Below are positions 28,017 through 36,832 of a DNA stretch of 64,000 nt, piece by piece (the first letter of the stretch is position 1; each line of letters opens with the position of its first letter). This stretch comes from Candidatus Limnocylindria bacterium (GTDB taxonomy: Bacteria; Patescibacteriota; Saccharimonadia; Saccharimonadales; JAGQNK01). The notes beneath the pieces are model-generated. The model did no database searches. It saw only the letters and a list, made by a program, of their open reading frames with translations, and was not told where the DNA came from. The translations under genes and the position numbers were made by a program. The DNA lies in assembly GCA_035489815.1 (NCBI GenBank), contig DATHJH010000018.1, forward strand, positions 73,931 to 137,930, written 5' to 3'.

Positions 28017-29256
28017 CTAAAGCTGGGTAGACGGCTGGCCGGTTTCTGCCGGCTCGGCGGCTGGATGGTGTTTGCCCAAGCGGTACTTTCTGCCCATAAA
28101 TGCAAGAAGCAGGAAGACGAACAGCCAAAAAGCACCATAGGCACCGATGGAAAATCGTTCACTACTGAGTGCTGCGCCCTTGCCAATAATCACATAAGCC
28201 AGCGCTCCGAACATGCCAGACGCCAGGCCTGGAATAGAACCGATGGTAGCCCGCTCGTCCCCTTCTGCGGCGTCCTGGATATGGTGCTGGAACAGTGCCC
28301 GGAACAATTGAAAGAGCAGGCTAAAGAGCAAGAGTAACAGGCTTCCACCAGCTCCGCCGAAATATAATCCCATGAGCAACAGCCCGACCCCCCTGCCATA
28401 ACCAGCATTTGTTTAGGCAAAGAAAAGTGCACAAATGACTCCAGCCGGGTTAGCACCAGTACAGTAACTACCAAGGCAACGGCGAGCAAAAGGGAAATGG
28501 TGCTTTCGCCCAGGCCGAAGGCCGCATACAGCCGCGGCAGCAGCTCCTCAGCTACGCCAATCACCATAATGACGGCAAACAACCCGTAGCAGATGTAGCG
28601 CAGCAATTTGGAACGAGCAACTTCCCGGAGCCCGGCCATGAGAGTCTTCAGGTAGGAGTCCTGCTTTCTATAAGGATGTTCTGGGGTGGTCAGCAGGACA
28701 ATGGAAAACAAAAGGGAAGTTGCGGCACTGACCCCAATAAGTAAATGCGTATGTTTGAGCGTTAGTGCTGATGCCGCCCATATCCCACCAGTCGGCCGAG
28801 CCAATGGGCAGACATGGTCCAGCCAAAGTATCTGGTGTATTTTTTGCCTTGTCCTATCGTATCCAGTTCAGTATGCAAATAGGCGGCAATTGCCCCGGAT
28901 GTGCAGGCGATCATGCAGCCCCACAGGGAAAAGCCTATAGCATACCCTGTAAAACTTGGCCACAGCATCCAGAACGCAAAGCCGACGCTGCGTACCACTC
29001 CGCCCAGCATGATGACGTATTTTCTGGACCAGTAGTCGGCCAGCACACCGCTGGGTAGTTCGGTTACCAGGTAAGCCAGCGACCAAATAGAAAACAGCAC
29101 ACCGATCTGCTCGAAGGACAGCCCGCCGACCCGTTCAAACATAATGGCGTACAGGGCCATGATTGGTACAAACCCTTCCAGAAATTGCTGGAGGGAAAGC
29201 ACCCTCACGATCCGGGGCGCTGCCCGGAACTGGGTTAAGCCCAATCGGTTCATCAT
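28017..29256 (-). pseudogene. MFS transporter gene split across three reading frames (probable pseudogene)
   Basis: Three consecutive minus-strand ORFs (28762-29256, 28190-28804, 28017-28379) each carry MFS-like TM helices; junctions are frameshifted. Confidence 0.55.
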
Positions 29257-29336
29257 TACCCTTTAGTATACAGCCAAGTATTCTACTGGACGGCAAGATC
29301 TATGGGTACTTACCAATCGGGTGTTCAATGAATGGT

Positions 29337-29771
29337 TTAGCGGGGCGGTTGGGCTTCAAGCGCGGCCAGGGCAACCGTCAGAAAGGGCGGTACGTTGCAG
29401 CTCTGCCATGATCGGTCAGAAAAGGGAAGTATCTCAATGACCGGGCTGGCCCGCCCGGCGTCCGGGTTTTCTCCAGAAAAGCAAATCCGGCCAAGAGGGT
29501 GTACGACCTGGGTCTGGTCCTTTCCGTGCAAAAACATCTCGCAGCCAGCATCGGAATATAAAACAGCGGGCCGAATGTCCAGTGAGGGCGCGGCTTCAGA
29601 GATATTTTCTGGGTTTGGCACCTTGACCCACTCAAGCTCAAGAGGCTCATTGTTGTAGACAGGTATGGACTCAGGCCTGAATCTTTGCAGCTGGGAATGA
29701 AGGGAGTTCCGCTGGGCAACAACCTCGGCGGGGGGATTTTGCTCACCATGCAGGAACCCAAAAAGTGTCAC
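29337..29771 (-). CDS. Hypothetical protein
   Basis: 144-aa ORF, no recognisable motif. Confidence 0.3.
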   Translation of the reverse strand: MTLFGFLHGEQNPPAEVVAQRNSLHSQLQRFRPESIPVYNNEPLELEWVKVPNPENISEAAPSLDIRPAVLYSDAGCEMFLHGKDQTQVVHPLGRICFSGENPDAGRASPVIEILPFSDRSWQSCNVPPFLTVALAALEAQPPR

Positions 29772-29916
29772 ACATTAAATTGTAATTAAATATGCTGCAT
29801 AAGGCAAAATAGTTTCAGCACAGACTCAGGGGCCTGGCATGGTGTGTAAGTGGGGCATGTCTCCCATCATAGCAACAAAAAAGACTTCCAGGCAGGAAGT
29901 CTTAATCTTACATATA

Positions 29917-29995
29917 TGGGGTGCCTGATGGGATTCGAACCCACGATCTCCGGAACCACAACCCGGCGCATTAGGCCAACTATGCTACAGGCACC
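29917..29995 (-). tRNA. tRNA-His (anticodon GTG) with genome-encoded G-1 and CCA
   Basis: Manual cloverleaf: G-1 + GTGCCTG/CAGGCAC, discriminator C73, D-stem GCAT/ATGC, anticodon loop TTGTGGT. Confidence 0.9.
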
Positions 29996-30110
29996 TCGTC
30001 GGCGTGTAATGGTTGGGTAGCCAATTTGTCGGCAAAACAAGTTTGCCCGACAAAAAAGGCTACCCAACCAAGCCGCCTCCTCTACAAAATCGCGAATCCT
30101 CTCGCAATTT
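29996..30110. repeat. tRNA-upstream conserved structured element, copy 3 (hairpin GGTTGGGTAGCCAATTTGTCGGCAAAACAAGTTTGCCCGACAAAAAAGGCTACCCAACC, box AAGCCGCCTCCTCTACAAAA, hairpin TCGCGAATCCTCTCGCA-TTTT)
   Basis: Directly abuts the 5' end of tRNA-His; stems covary relative to copies 1 and 2. Confidence 0.6.
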
Positions 30111-30159
30111 TGGCTGGAAACTGTCAAGCAGCAAAGCTGCTTGACTTGAAAAACTGAGT

Positions 30160-30285
30160 GGCTACATTTTGTTAAGAGTGACTTTGGCAATCTTACCAAG
30201 TCTTTTTTGCAAATCCGAGACTGACGCTCGCAATTTGGTTTTTCAAGTCGTCCAAACAGCCGGCAAGCGGCTTGTTTGGGATTTT
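30160..30285. repeat. Degenerate second copy of the tRNA-upstream element plus distal hairpin GTCCAAACAGCCGGCAAGCGGCTTGTTTGGG
   Basis: CATTTTGTTAAG and the distal hairpin are shared with 17668 and 26570 respectively. Confidence 0.45.
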
Positions 30286-30372
30286 AATTTCTGGCTACAG
30301 TGGCTACGGCCAGAAACAGGGGTGATTATACTTGTTTTTTGGGAATTTGGCTAGTCTAATGATCTTTAATAC

Positions 30373-30418
30373 TCGACTGTTAACAAATATACACGATCGT
30401 GTATATTTGTTAACAGTC
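30373..30418. repeat. 46-bp perfect palindrome (CGACTGTTAACAAATATACACGA|TCGTGTATATTTGTTAACAGTCG) flanked by 8-bp direct repeats TCTAATGA (30355-30362 and 30434-30441)
   Basis: Read directly; located 12 nt past the reconstructed rdgB stop; the second direct repeat overlaps the stop codon. Confidence 0.7.
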
Positions 30419-30429
30419 GAAGGGCGGTA

Positions 30430-30979
30430 TTACTCTAATGACTCCAGGAACTCTTTGAATTGGGCGAAGGGGCGGATTTGCAGGTAGACCTTTTGGTAGT
30501 CTTCCTTGCCCAGTTCGGCCCGGGTAACGTTATAGCCGTCGGGGATAAATAGCTTGTCTCAGCCAAAGCCGTTTTCTCCGGCTGGTTGATTGGCAGGCAA
30601 TCTGACCTGACAGCACGCCCTCAAAAAATTCCAACCGTTGGCCGTCGTAATAGCCGAACATGCACCGGCCGGTGGCGGAGCGGTCTTTGCCGTCCAGGAG
30701 CGAACATATCTGGCCAAGCTCTATCTCCTCCAAAAACCATTTGATGAACGGGCCTGGCAGGCGGCCAAGGGCGGTGAACTCCAGTGACACATCCTCTACC
30801 AAAACCGGCTTTTTGATCTGCGCGTAAGCCTGCCAGACCTTGTGCTCCACAATCTGCCTCAGGTCCAGCGACTGGATCTCATCTAGATCCAGTTTGACGT
30901 GATCAACCGGATACCCCAGATACCTGGCTAAATAATCCGCCTTATTCTGATTGCCGGTAATAAAAGTAACGTTGCTCAT
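30430..30979 (-). pseudogene. rdgB: dITP/XTP pyrophosphatase RdgB/Ham1 disrupted by a frameshift (~30595) and an in-frame TGA
   Basis: N-terminal VTFITGNQNKADY... is intact; after GQIA the frame changes; the other frame reads PAGENGFG-TGA-DKLFIPDGYNVTRAEL..., matching the RdgB C-terminus through a stop at the conserved W/Y position. Confidence 0.6.
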
Positions 30980-31127
30980 AGGTAGAATGGTACAGCATTG
31001 TTGCAGGGGTTAGAACCATTTTAATAAGTTACGCTGTATAGAAATGTTCTGGGTGTTCATCATAATAAAGAGCATTAAGGATTCGAACTAAAATAACAGA
31101 TACAGCAAACTATAGTGGCTTGCCTAT

Positions 31128-31670
31128 CTACTCAAAACCAAGCCACTTCAGCCACTTGGAGGACTGCAGGTTGTATTTGCTGGCGCCAAACCAGTGGCCC
31201 AGGAGTTTGGACTCCAGGCACATAAATTGTTTGGCGTGGTGCTGTAGGGCATCGCGGAGCTTTTTGCTGTGGCGGTAGAGGAAAATCCTGTCGCGCCTGG
31301 CGACAAACAAAAGAACCTTCACGTGCTTGAGGCGGTGGGCATTCTGCAAGGGGGAAAACAGGCTGGCTGCTTTTTCTACCTCCTCCAGCTTTTTGCCGGC
31401 CAGGAATTTCTCTACGTAGCCCTTGGGTACCTTGCGGGTTGGTCCAAAGTCAAAAAGATTGGTAATAGGGTCGGCGTACGGGACGTTCAGGACCAGGCCT
31501 TTGACGCGCTTGGAGGACACGGCCAGCCTGGTTGCCGGCAACGAGCCGAGGCTGACACCTGCTACCAGAACTTTTTTATCAGGCGGCAGCTCAGCTAATC
31601 GCTTGGCTGCGTCCGCGTAAGCGCCTTCAACTGTCTGCAATCGCCTTAGACGCCAATGCTTACCGGGCAC
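31128..31670 (-). CDS. Alpha/beta-hydrolase-fold protein (possibly N-terminally truncated)
   Basis: Nucleophile elbow GVSLGS; 180 aa. Confidence 0.45.
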   Translation of the reverse strand: MPGKHWRLRRLQTVEGAYADAAKRLAELPPDKKVLVAGVSLGSLPATRLAVSSKRVKGLVLNVPYADPITNLFDFGPTRKVPKGYVEKFLAGKKLEEVEKAASLFSPLQNAHRLKHVKVLLFVARRDRIFLYRHSKKLRDALQHHAKQFMCLESKLLGHWFGASKYNLQSSKWLKWLGFE

Positions 31671-31738
31671 TGGATGATGGCAATCTAAAAATTGCCAACT
31701 ATAGTAAAACTACAGCCCAGCTTGGCCTGCCGGTTCCT

Positions 31739-32023
31739 GTGCTTGGAGAGCTATACCATGGTGTGTTTTTGGGAAGTAACTACGAAAAGAATCTGAGCAA
31801 TCTTAACCGTTTCCTGACACTGCCACGCCTGGAAATCCTGCATATAGATGAGTCAACAGCTAAACTGTTTGGTGAGATCGCAACCGAACTAAGGCGCGCG
31901 GGCCGTCCAATGCAACAAAATGATATATGGATTGCGGCCTTATGCAAGCAGTATGACTACAAACTTGCCACCAACGATACTGGCTTTGAGAATGTTTTAG
32001 GCCTGGAAGTTATTGTCTTTTAG
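31739..32023 (+). pseudogene. PIN-domain VapC toxin, C-terminal portion only
   Basis: ELYHGVFLGSNYEKNLSNLNRFL...HIDESTAKLFGEIATELRRAGRPMQQNDIWIAA...LATNDTGFENV matches the VapC C-terminal half; the N-terminal acidic core and the antitoxin are absent. Confidence 0.5.
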
Positions 32024-32090
32024 AGCCCATCCAAGATCTTTTCTCCTTGCCGTGGTCGGGGTCAGAGGAAAAGATTTTGGATGGGCTCTT
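32021..32090. repeat. MITE-like element, 70 bp: TIRs TAGAGCCCATCCAAGATCTTTTC / GAAAAGATTTTGGATGGGCTCTTA around a 26-nt core
   Basis: Arms near-identical to the 11391 palindrome and the 57001-57182 element; core matches the outer core of the 57-kb copy. Confidence 0.55.
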
Positions 32091-32119
32091 AAGAACCACC
32101 CGCGTGTATACTGAGGCCT

Positions 32120-32560
32120 ATGGGAAAAGCAGCCAGAGCAATTATTATCGAAGGCGACAAGATTTTGGTCATGCACCGCCACAAACACGGCAGCGAATAT
32201 TTTACGCTGGTCGGCGGCCGTACCAATGGCGAGGAAACGCCGGAACAAGCGCTGGTACGCGAAGTCAGGGAAGAAACGGGGATGGACATCGCCTCCGCCC
32301 GGCTGGTATTTGTTGAAGAGCATGCCGCTCCCTCTAACGAACAGTATATATTCTTATGCACGGTAGCACCCCACCAGGACATTGCCGTTCAGGATACATC
32401 GGAGGAAGCATTTATGAACCGGCTGGACGCCAACATCCATAAGCCGTTGTGGGTAGAGGCCAACGCTTTTGCCCGGCTCTATTTCCGCACCCCCCAGCTC
32501 CAGGAAGCAATCGTAAAAGGCCTTAAAAAAGGTTTTCCTGCCGAACCCGTAAAGCTTTAA
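32120..32560 (+). CDS. NUDIX hydrolase
   Basis: NUDIX box GGRTNGEETPEQALVREVREETG. Confidence 0.85.
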   Translation: MGKAARAIIIEGDKILVMHRHKHGSEYFTLVGGRTNGEETPEQALVREVREETGMDIASARLVFVEEHAAPSNEQYIFLCTVAPHQDIAVQDTSEEAFMNRLDANIHKPLWVEANAFARLYFRTPQLQEAIVKGLKKGFPAEPVKL

Positions 32561-32754
32561 TCTTATATCAAGCTGATACAATTTATACCAGATGACTCAG
32601 AACCCATTTCAACCCTCACCATCCGGCCTGAAATCATCCAGGCTTGGCCCAAATCTGCCTGAGGCTAGTCAACGTACCTACGGGTATGCCTCCTCACCTC
32701 AAACAGATTTTGACTCAAGCCTGGAGCAATTTCAGCCTGGAAGGGAGAATTGAA

Positions 32755-34488
32755 ATGGGTTCTAATATTGTTAAAACGCTGGGCCTCATGCGCAGCCTCA
32801 GACCCCTGATTGTCGCGAATGTGGTGGTGGCCGCGATTGTCGGCGGTCTGACCGCCTTTTTGCCGTTTTCGATCAAGTTGGTACTGGATAAGCTGATCAA
32901 CTCATTGGATTCGGGGATAACCCTGCAGGATATCCTGCTGGGGCCATTGCTGATCTGGCTGGCTCTCCGGGTTACTTTGATTATTGCCGAGTATGTCCAT
33001 AACTTTGTGTGGGATCGGCTGATGCCGCGGGCGATTGCTTTGCTGCGGGAAATTACCTACGAAAAGTCACTTAGTTTGTCGCTGGAATACTACGAAAAGG
33101 TCCGCGTGGGCGAGATCACCCACCTGACCATGAACGCCCCGTTAGAGTTTATGCCGGAGTTTTTGCGGGAAATGAGCGAGAACATGCTGCCTAAACTGAG
33201 CGCTATCACGGTCGCGTTGGTGCTGCTGGCTGGCATTTCGCCGTCGGCGGCGCTGGTTGCTTTTTTGGCTTTTGCTGTACTGCTCGCCATTAATTATCAC
33301 AAACTCAAGCTCACCAAAGTTTTGCGATACGAACGGAACGAACACGTCAAGGAAATGAACGGCTACGTAAATGAGGGGTATTCGTTGGTCCGGCACCTGT
33401 TTGCCATGGGTGAACTACGGGCCCGGAGCGGCTATGTCCGGGAAAAGTCCCAGTCGATCATCAAGATCGCTGATCGGTTGCATGGGCTGGAGCGGCGGTA
33501 TAACGTGATTTTTGGCATCATCAACTTGAGTGTGTTCTTTGCGGTGTTTGTGCTGACGATCAACGAGATACTGCGGGGCCGTCAATCGCCGTCAATTATC
33601 CCAATGATCGCCGTATATCTGGGCCTGTTCACCGAATCAGCCCTGGCCTTTAGCAGATTCCTGGGCCGGGCTGCTGACGTAGAAGCCACGCAGCAACAGC
33701 TCCATGAGCTGCTGGCCCAGACGACTTCAGTTATCGATCGGCCGGATGCCAAGCCACTGAAGAGTATACAGACGGTTGAGCTCCGGGATGTGTACTTTGC
33801 CTACGACAAAAACGAGGCTCTTAGGGGTGTCAGCTTCAAGGTCGAAAAGGGCCAAAAGCTGGCCTTGATCGGTATGAGCGGGGCAGGCAAGAGCACTATC
33901 ATCAAACTGCTGCTGCGGTTCTATGATGTCGACAGCGGAGCCATCCTGATCAATGGAGAGGACATTCGGAACTATGCCCAAGAGGACGTGCGGCGATGCT
34001 TCGGCACAGTGCTGCAAGACGTGGCCTTATTTAACGATACGGTGGAGGAAAACGTCCGGATGGTAAAGCCCAAAGCATCTGATAGTGAAGTCAAAAAGGC
34101 CGCAGAGTCAGCCCACGCAACCGCCTTTATTCAGAATCTGCCAGAAGGTTTTAAGACTGTTGTGGGTGAAAGGGGGGTAAAGCTCAGCGGCGGTCAACAG
34201 CAGCGTATAGCCATTGCCCGGGCCATGCTGCGTAAACCAACGGCTGTCATCCTGGACGAAGCAACCAGCGCCCTGGATACGGAAAGCGAACGGGCAGTCC
34301 AGGCCGGCCTAGAAGAACTCCTGGAAGGCAGGCTCAGTATTGTGATCGCCCATCGCCTCAGCACCGTGCGGAACGCAGACACTATAGTGGTACTGGAAAA
34401 CGGCCAGGTAGCAGAAATCGACAATCACGCCGGCTTGCTCAAACGCCAAGGCTACTACGCCCGGCTGGTAAAAATGCAGGCTGCTTAA
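32755..34488 (+). CDS. ABC exporter, fused TMD-NBD (MsbA-like type I exporter)
   Basis: Six N-terminal TM segments; Walker A GMSGAGKST, signature LSGGQQQRIAIARA, Walker B ILDEATSALD; start chosen at ATG 32755 with SD GGAAGGGAG. Confidence 0.85.
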   Translation: MGSNIVKTLGLMRSLRPLIVANVVVAAIVGGLTAFLPFSIKLVLDKLINSLDSGITLQDILLGPLLIWLALRVTLIIAEYVHNFVWDRLMPRAIALLREITYEKSLSLSLEYYEKVRVGEITHLTMNAPLEFMPEFLREMSENMLPKLSAITVALVLLAGISPSAALVAFLAFAVLLAINYHKLKLTKVLRYERNEHVKEMNGYVNEGYSLVRHLFAMGELRARSGYVREKSQSIIKIADRLHGLERRYNVIFGIINLSVFFAVFVLTINEILRGRQSPSIIPMIAVYLGLFTESALAFSRFLGRAADVEATQQQLHELLAQTTSVIDRPDAKPLKSIQTVELRDVYFAYDKNEALRGVSFKVEKGQKLALIGMSGAGKSTIIKLLLRFYDVDSGAILINGEDIRNYAQEDVRRCFGTVLQDVALFNDTVEENVRMVKPKASDSEVKKAAESAHATAFIQNLPEGFKTVVGERGVKLSGGQQQRIAIARAMLRKPTAVILDEATSALDTESERAVQAGLEELLEGRLSIVIAHRLSTVRNADTIVVLENGQVAEIDNHAGLLKRQGYYARLVKMQAA

Positions 34489-34616
34489 CCCACCCCAAAT
34501 AATATTCCAACCCCAATTTCCTAACGAAATACTGTACCACCCCACACTTCGTCATGCCGGACCCATGGTCAAGGCATTCAGTTATAAGGAAGCATAAGGT
34601 CTCACCCTGAGAGGTG

Positions 34617-35297
34617 TTATTTTGTGTCATATAAATTCGGTTCGCTCACTGGATAAAGAAAATTGCGTAAAAACAGTCTGCCAAGTTCGGATTTTTCGGG
34701 GTGAAATTGTACGCCGTAGATGTGCCGGTTTGCTACGCGTATTATCTGGTTTTCACAACCCGTAGAAATGTCTCCGTCCGGGAGCGACCGTGCCAACCGT
34801 ATCAGTTGGGGTGCGTCTTTGATCGAAATTGAAGCCCAGTGAAGGCTGACGACCTGGAAACTCTTTCCCAAGCCTGTAAAAATCGGATCATTTTGCTGAT
34901 CCTCCATAACCTCTACGGTGATGGTACCTTTTTCTACTTCTTCGTTACGTCTCATGCTTGCCCCAAAGCTTAGCCCTATGGCCTGGTGCCCCAAGCAGAT
35001 ACCGAGTATTGGTACCTCAATTTTCAGCAACCACGGTTCCAGGAATGATTGTAGTTCTTCTGCGGACTCAGATGGATGGTGTGTCGGGATGCCGCCCACA
35101 ATGATTCCACGAGAAGCCTTCATGAGCTCGATTTTGGCATGGGCCTCACGACCGGGCACAAGTATTGACTCAACTCCAAGTTCGCTCAGTGCGTCGGTAA
35201 GGTCATTATTGAAATCCTTGTCTTCGGGAAGGGTGCTGTCAATGATTACTGCATACGCCATTGGACAGATACTACTCTCAAAATATGTGCTCCTCAA
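34617..35297 (-). CDS. Class I glutamine amidotransferase (GATase1 / peptidase C26-like)
   Basis: Catalytic Cys in ILGICLGHQAIG; His/Glu follow; 226 aa. Confidence 0.75.
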   Translation of the reverse strand: MRSTYFESSICPMAYAVIIDSTLPEDKDFNNDLTDALSELGVESILVPGREAHAKIELMKASRGIIVGGIPTHHPSESAEELQSFLEPWLLKIEVPILGICLGHQAIGLSFGASMRRNEEVEKGTITVEVMEDQQNDPIFTGLGKSFQVVSLHWASISIKDAPQLIRLARSLPDGDISTGCENQIIRVANRHIYGVQFHPEKSELGRLFLRNFLYPVSEPNLYDTK

Positions 35298-35460
35298 TAA
35301 TAAAGAATTCTATGCTCTTCACTCTCATCAAGAACTGTTTGCGATTTATAGGTGTGGTACGCTCACTGGATAAAGGTGGAACCACATTATATCCCCTGGT
35401 TGCTCAAGTCTTGCTCAAGTCTAGGGTATAGTTCGAAGTTAGAACCACTTCAGGGCATCA

Positions 35461-35802
35461 CTAGTCGGTAGGATGAGTAAATAACTGGCGTATTTCTGTG
35501 AGTATTTGCTGTAACTTTGAAGAACTAACAGTACCGTACACTTTGTGTACCATTGATTGGTCGGCAGTAAATAATTTGTCTGGACGTACATAGCTGTCAA
35601 GAGGCAGTTTGCCCTCTGCGAAGTCCGAAATTGCTAATCTGACAGGCTTAGAACTTGAATATGCTTTTGAGGTAATCTGACAAAGAATGACATCATCGAA
35701 ATCCCCAATTGCTACCACAAGAGCAGGCCTCAGTTTTTTGGTGGTGAGGTCTGAGAACGGGAAAGCGCTAGAAACTACTTGGCCTACTGCAAGCTTGCCC
35801 AT
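35461..35802 (-). CDS. mazF: MazF/PemK-family endoribonuclease toxin
   Basis: KLRPALVVAIG...SYVRPDKLFT... pattern of MazF/PemK; 113 aa; overlaps the upstream antitoxin. Confidence 0.8.
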   Translation of the reverse strand: MGKLAVGQVVSSAFPFSDLTTKKLRPALVVAIGDFDDVILCQITSKAYSSSKPVRLAISDFAEGKLPLDSYVRPDKLFTADQSMVHKVYGTVSSSKLQQILTEIRQLFTHPTD

Positions 35803-36020
35803 GCTTCATCCTCTTCGGGCCGCAGCCAGTCCCTGGCCAGTACTTTTTCTGATAACAACATGGTTTCGGAAATTCTTTTGTTTGGCTTCGCAGCTATAAT
35901 GCTGATCTTGCCTTTCACGGCTTTAAGCTCAACGCTGCCAGATAGCCCGCTTTCCTCAAGCAAGGGCTTGGGTATGCGGATACCCTTTGAATTGCCAATA
36001 GTGATAATGGATGCCTTCAT
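35784..36020 (-). CDS. mazE: MazE/AbrB-family antitoxin (SpoVT-AbrB domain)
   Basis: ITIGNSKGIRIPKPLLEE swapped-hairpin motif; 78 aa; overlaps mazF by 19 nt. Confidence 0.7.
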   Translation of the reverse strand: MKASIITIGNSKGIRIPKPLLEESGLSGSVELKAVKGKISIIAAKPNKRISETMLLSEKVLARDWLRPEEDEAWASLQ

Positions 36021-36078
36021 AGTGATTACATTATAGATACATTTTAATTGCCGATCAAGCTCTTAAGCATAAGCAATT

Positions 36079-36155
36079 TGGTACCCCCGGTAGGATTCGA
36101 ACCTACGACCTCGACGTTAGAACCGTCTTGCTCTAATCCACTGAGCTACGGGGGC
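36079..36155 (-). tRNA. tRNA-Arg (anticodon TCT), CCA encoded
   Basis: Manual cloverleaf: acceptor GCCCCCG/CGGGGGT, anticodon loop GTTCTAA (one stem mismatch), T-loop TTCGAAT, 77 nt. Confidence 0.8.
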
Positions 36156-36189
36156 GCACTGCTAGATTACCTCATATTGTACGGATACG

Positions 36190-36672
36190 CTACCCTGGTG
36201 GCCGCTGGTCCTGCAGGGCGGCAAATGCGCCAGCCGCCCATACCAGCATAGAGCGTTTATCGCCGGGGATTACCCCTGGTGTTCCTGCTTCCGGGGCCAG
36301 GAGCCAAAGGCCGCGCTGCGCAGTGGCGCTTACCATACTCTGGTAAATATCAGCGTTGCCCGTTATTGGGGTAATGGCTATTGGAGGTATTGGGTTGTCT
36401 CTGCATAGTATTCCGAGCGCTATGGGCCATTCCTGAGAGGAAGGACTATCGCCCTGTTGATACGGAAAACTTCCGTCCAGTGCAACCAGTCCGACTGTAC
36501 TCAAACGTCCACTGTCCGCCAAGTCTTGAAGGGCGACGGTATTGCCAACTCGTTCAACGGGCAATTGTAGCTTTTCAAAAGGCCGGCACAGCCAATCTGC
36601 CGGTCCCCCAATGAGGTGGGCGTCTTCGTCATCAACTATCAACACATGTGTTCGCGGGGTCTCTGTTGTCAT
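36190..36672 (-). CDS. Hypothetical protein
   Basis: 160-aa ORF; no confident domain. Confidence 0.35.
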   Translation of the reverse strand: MTTETPRTHVLIVDDEDAHLIGGPADWLCRPFEKLQLPVERVGNTVALQDLADSGRLSTVGLVALDGSFPYQQGDSPSSQEWPIALGILCRDNPIPPIAITPITGNADIYQSMVSATAQRGLWLLAPEAGTPGVIPGDKRSMLVWAAGAFAALQDQRPPG

Positions 36673-36832
36673 AATCTGCCCAAGTTTACCACATGGTGCG
36701 GGATGGGGTAGTCGAAACCCCGTCTGAAGTTTGGAAAACTTCCATATTAACCGCTATACGAATCCCGCATGTTCTATAAAACAGGGGTAATTATACCAGA
36801 TTCAGAGAATTTGAACAGATTCTAAGCTGGTT

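Noticed and set aside
30540-30560. UGA recoding (Trp or Gly) to explain the in-frame TGA in rdgB
   Set aside because: tsaE (stop at 10970-10972 overlapping the tsaB ATG) and other genes terminate at TGA, and all conserved proteins in the window read uninterrupted under the standard code. An isolated lesion is more parsimonious
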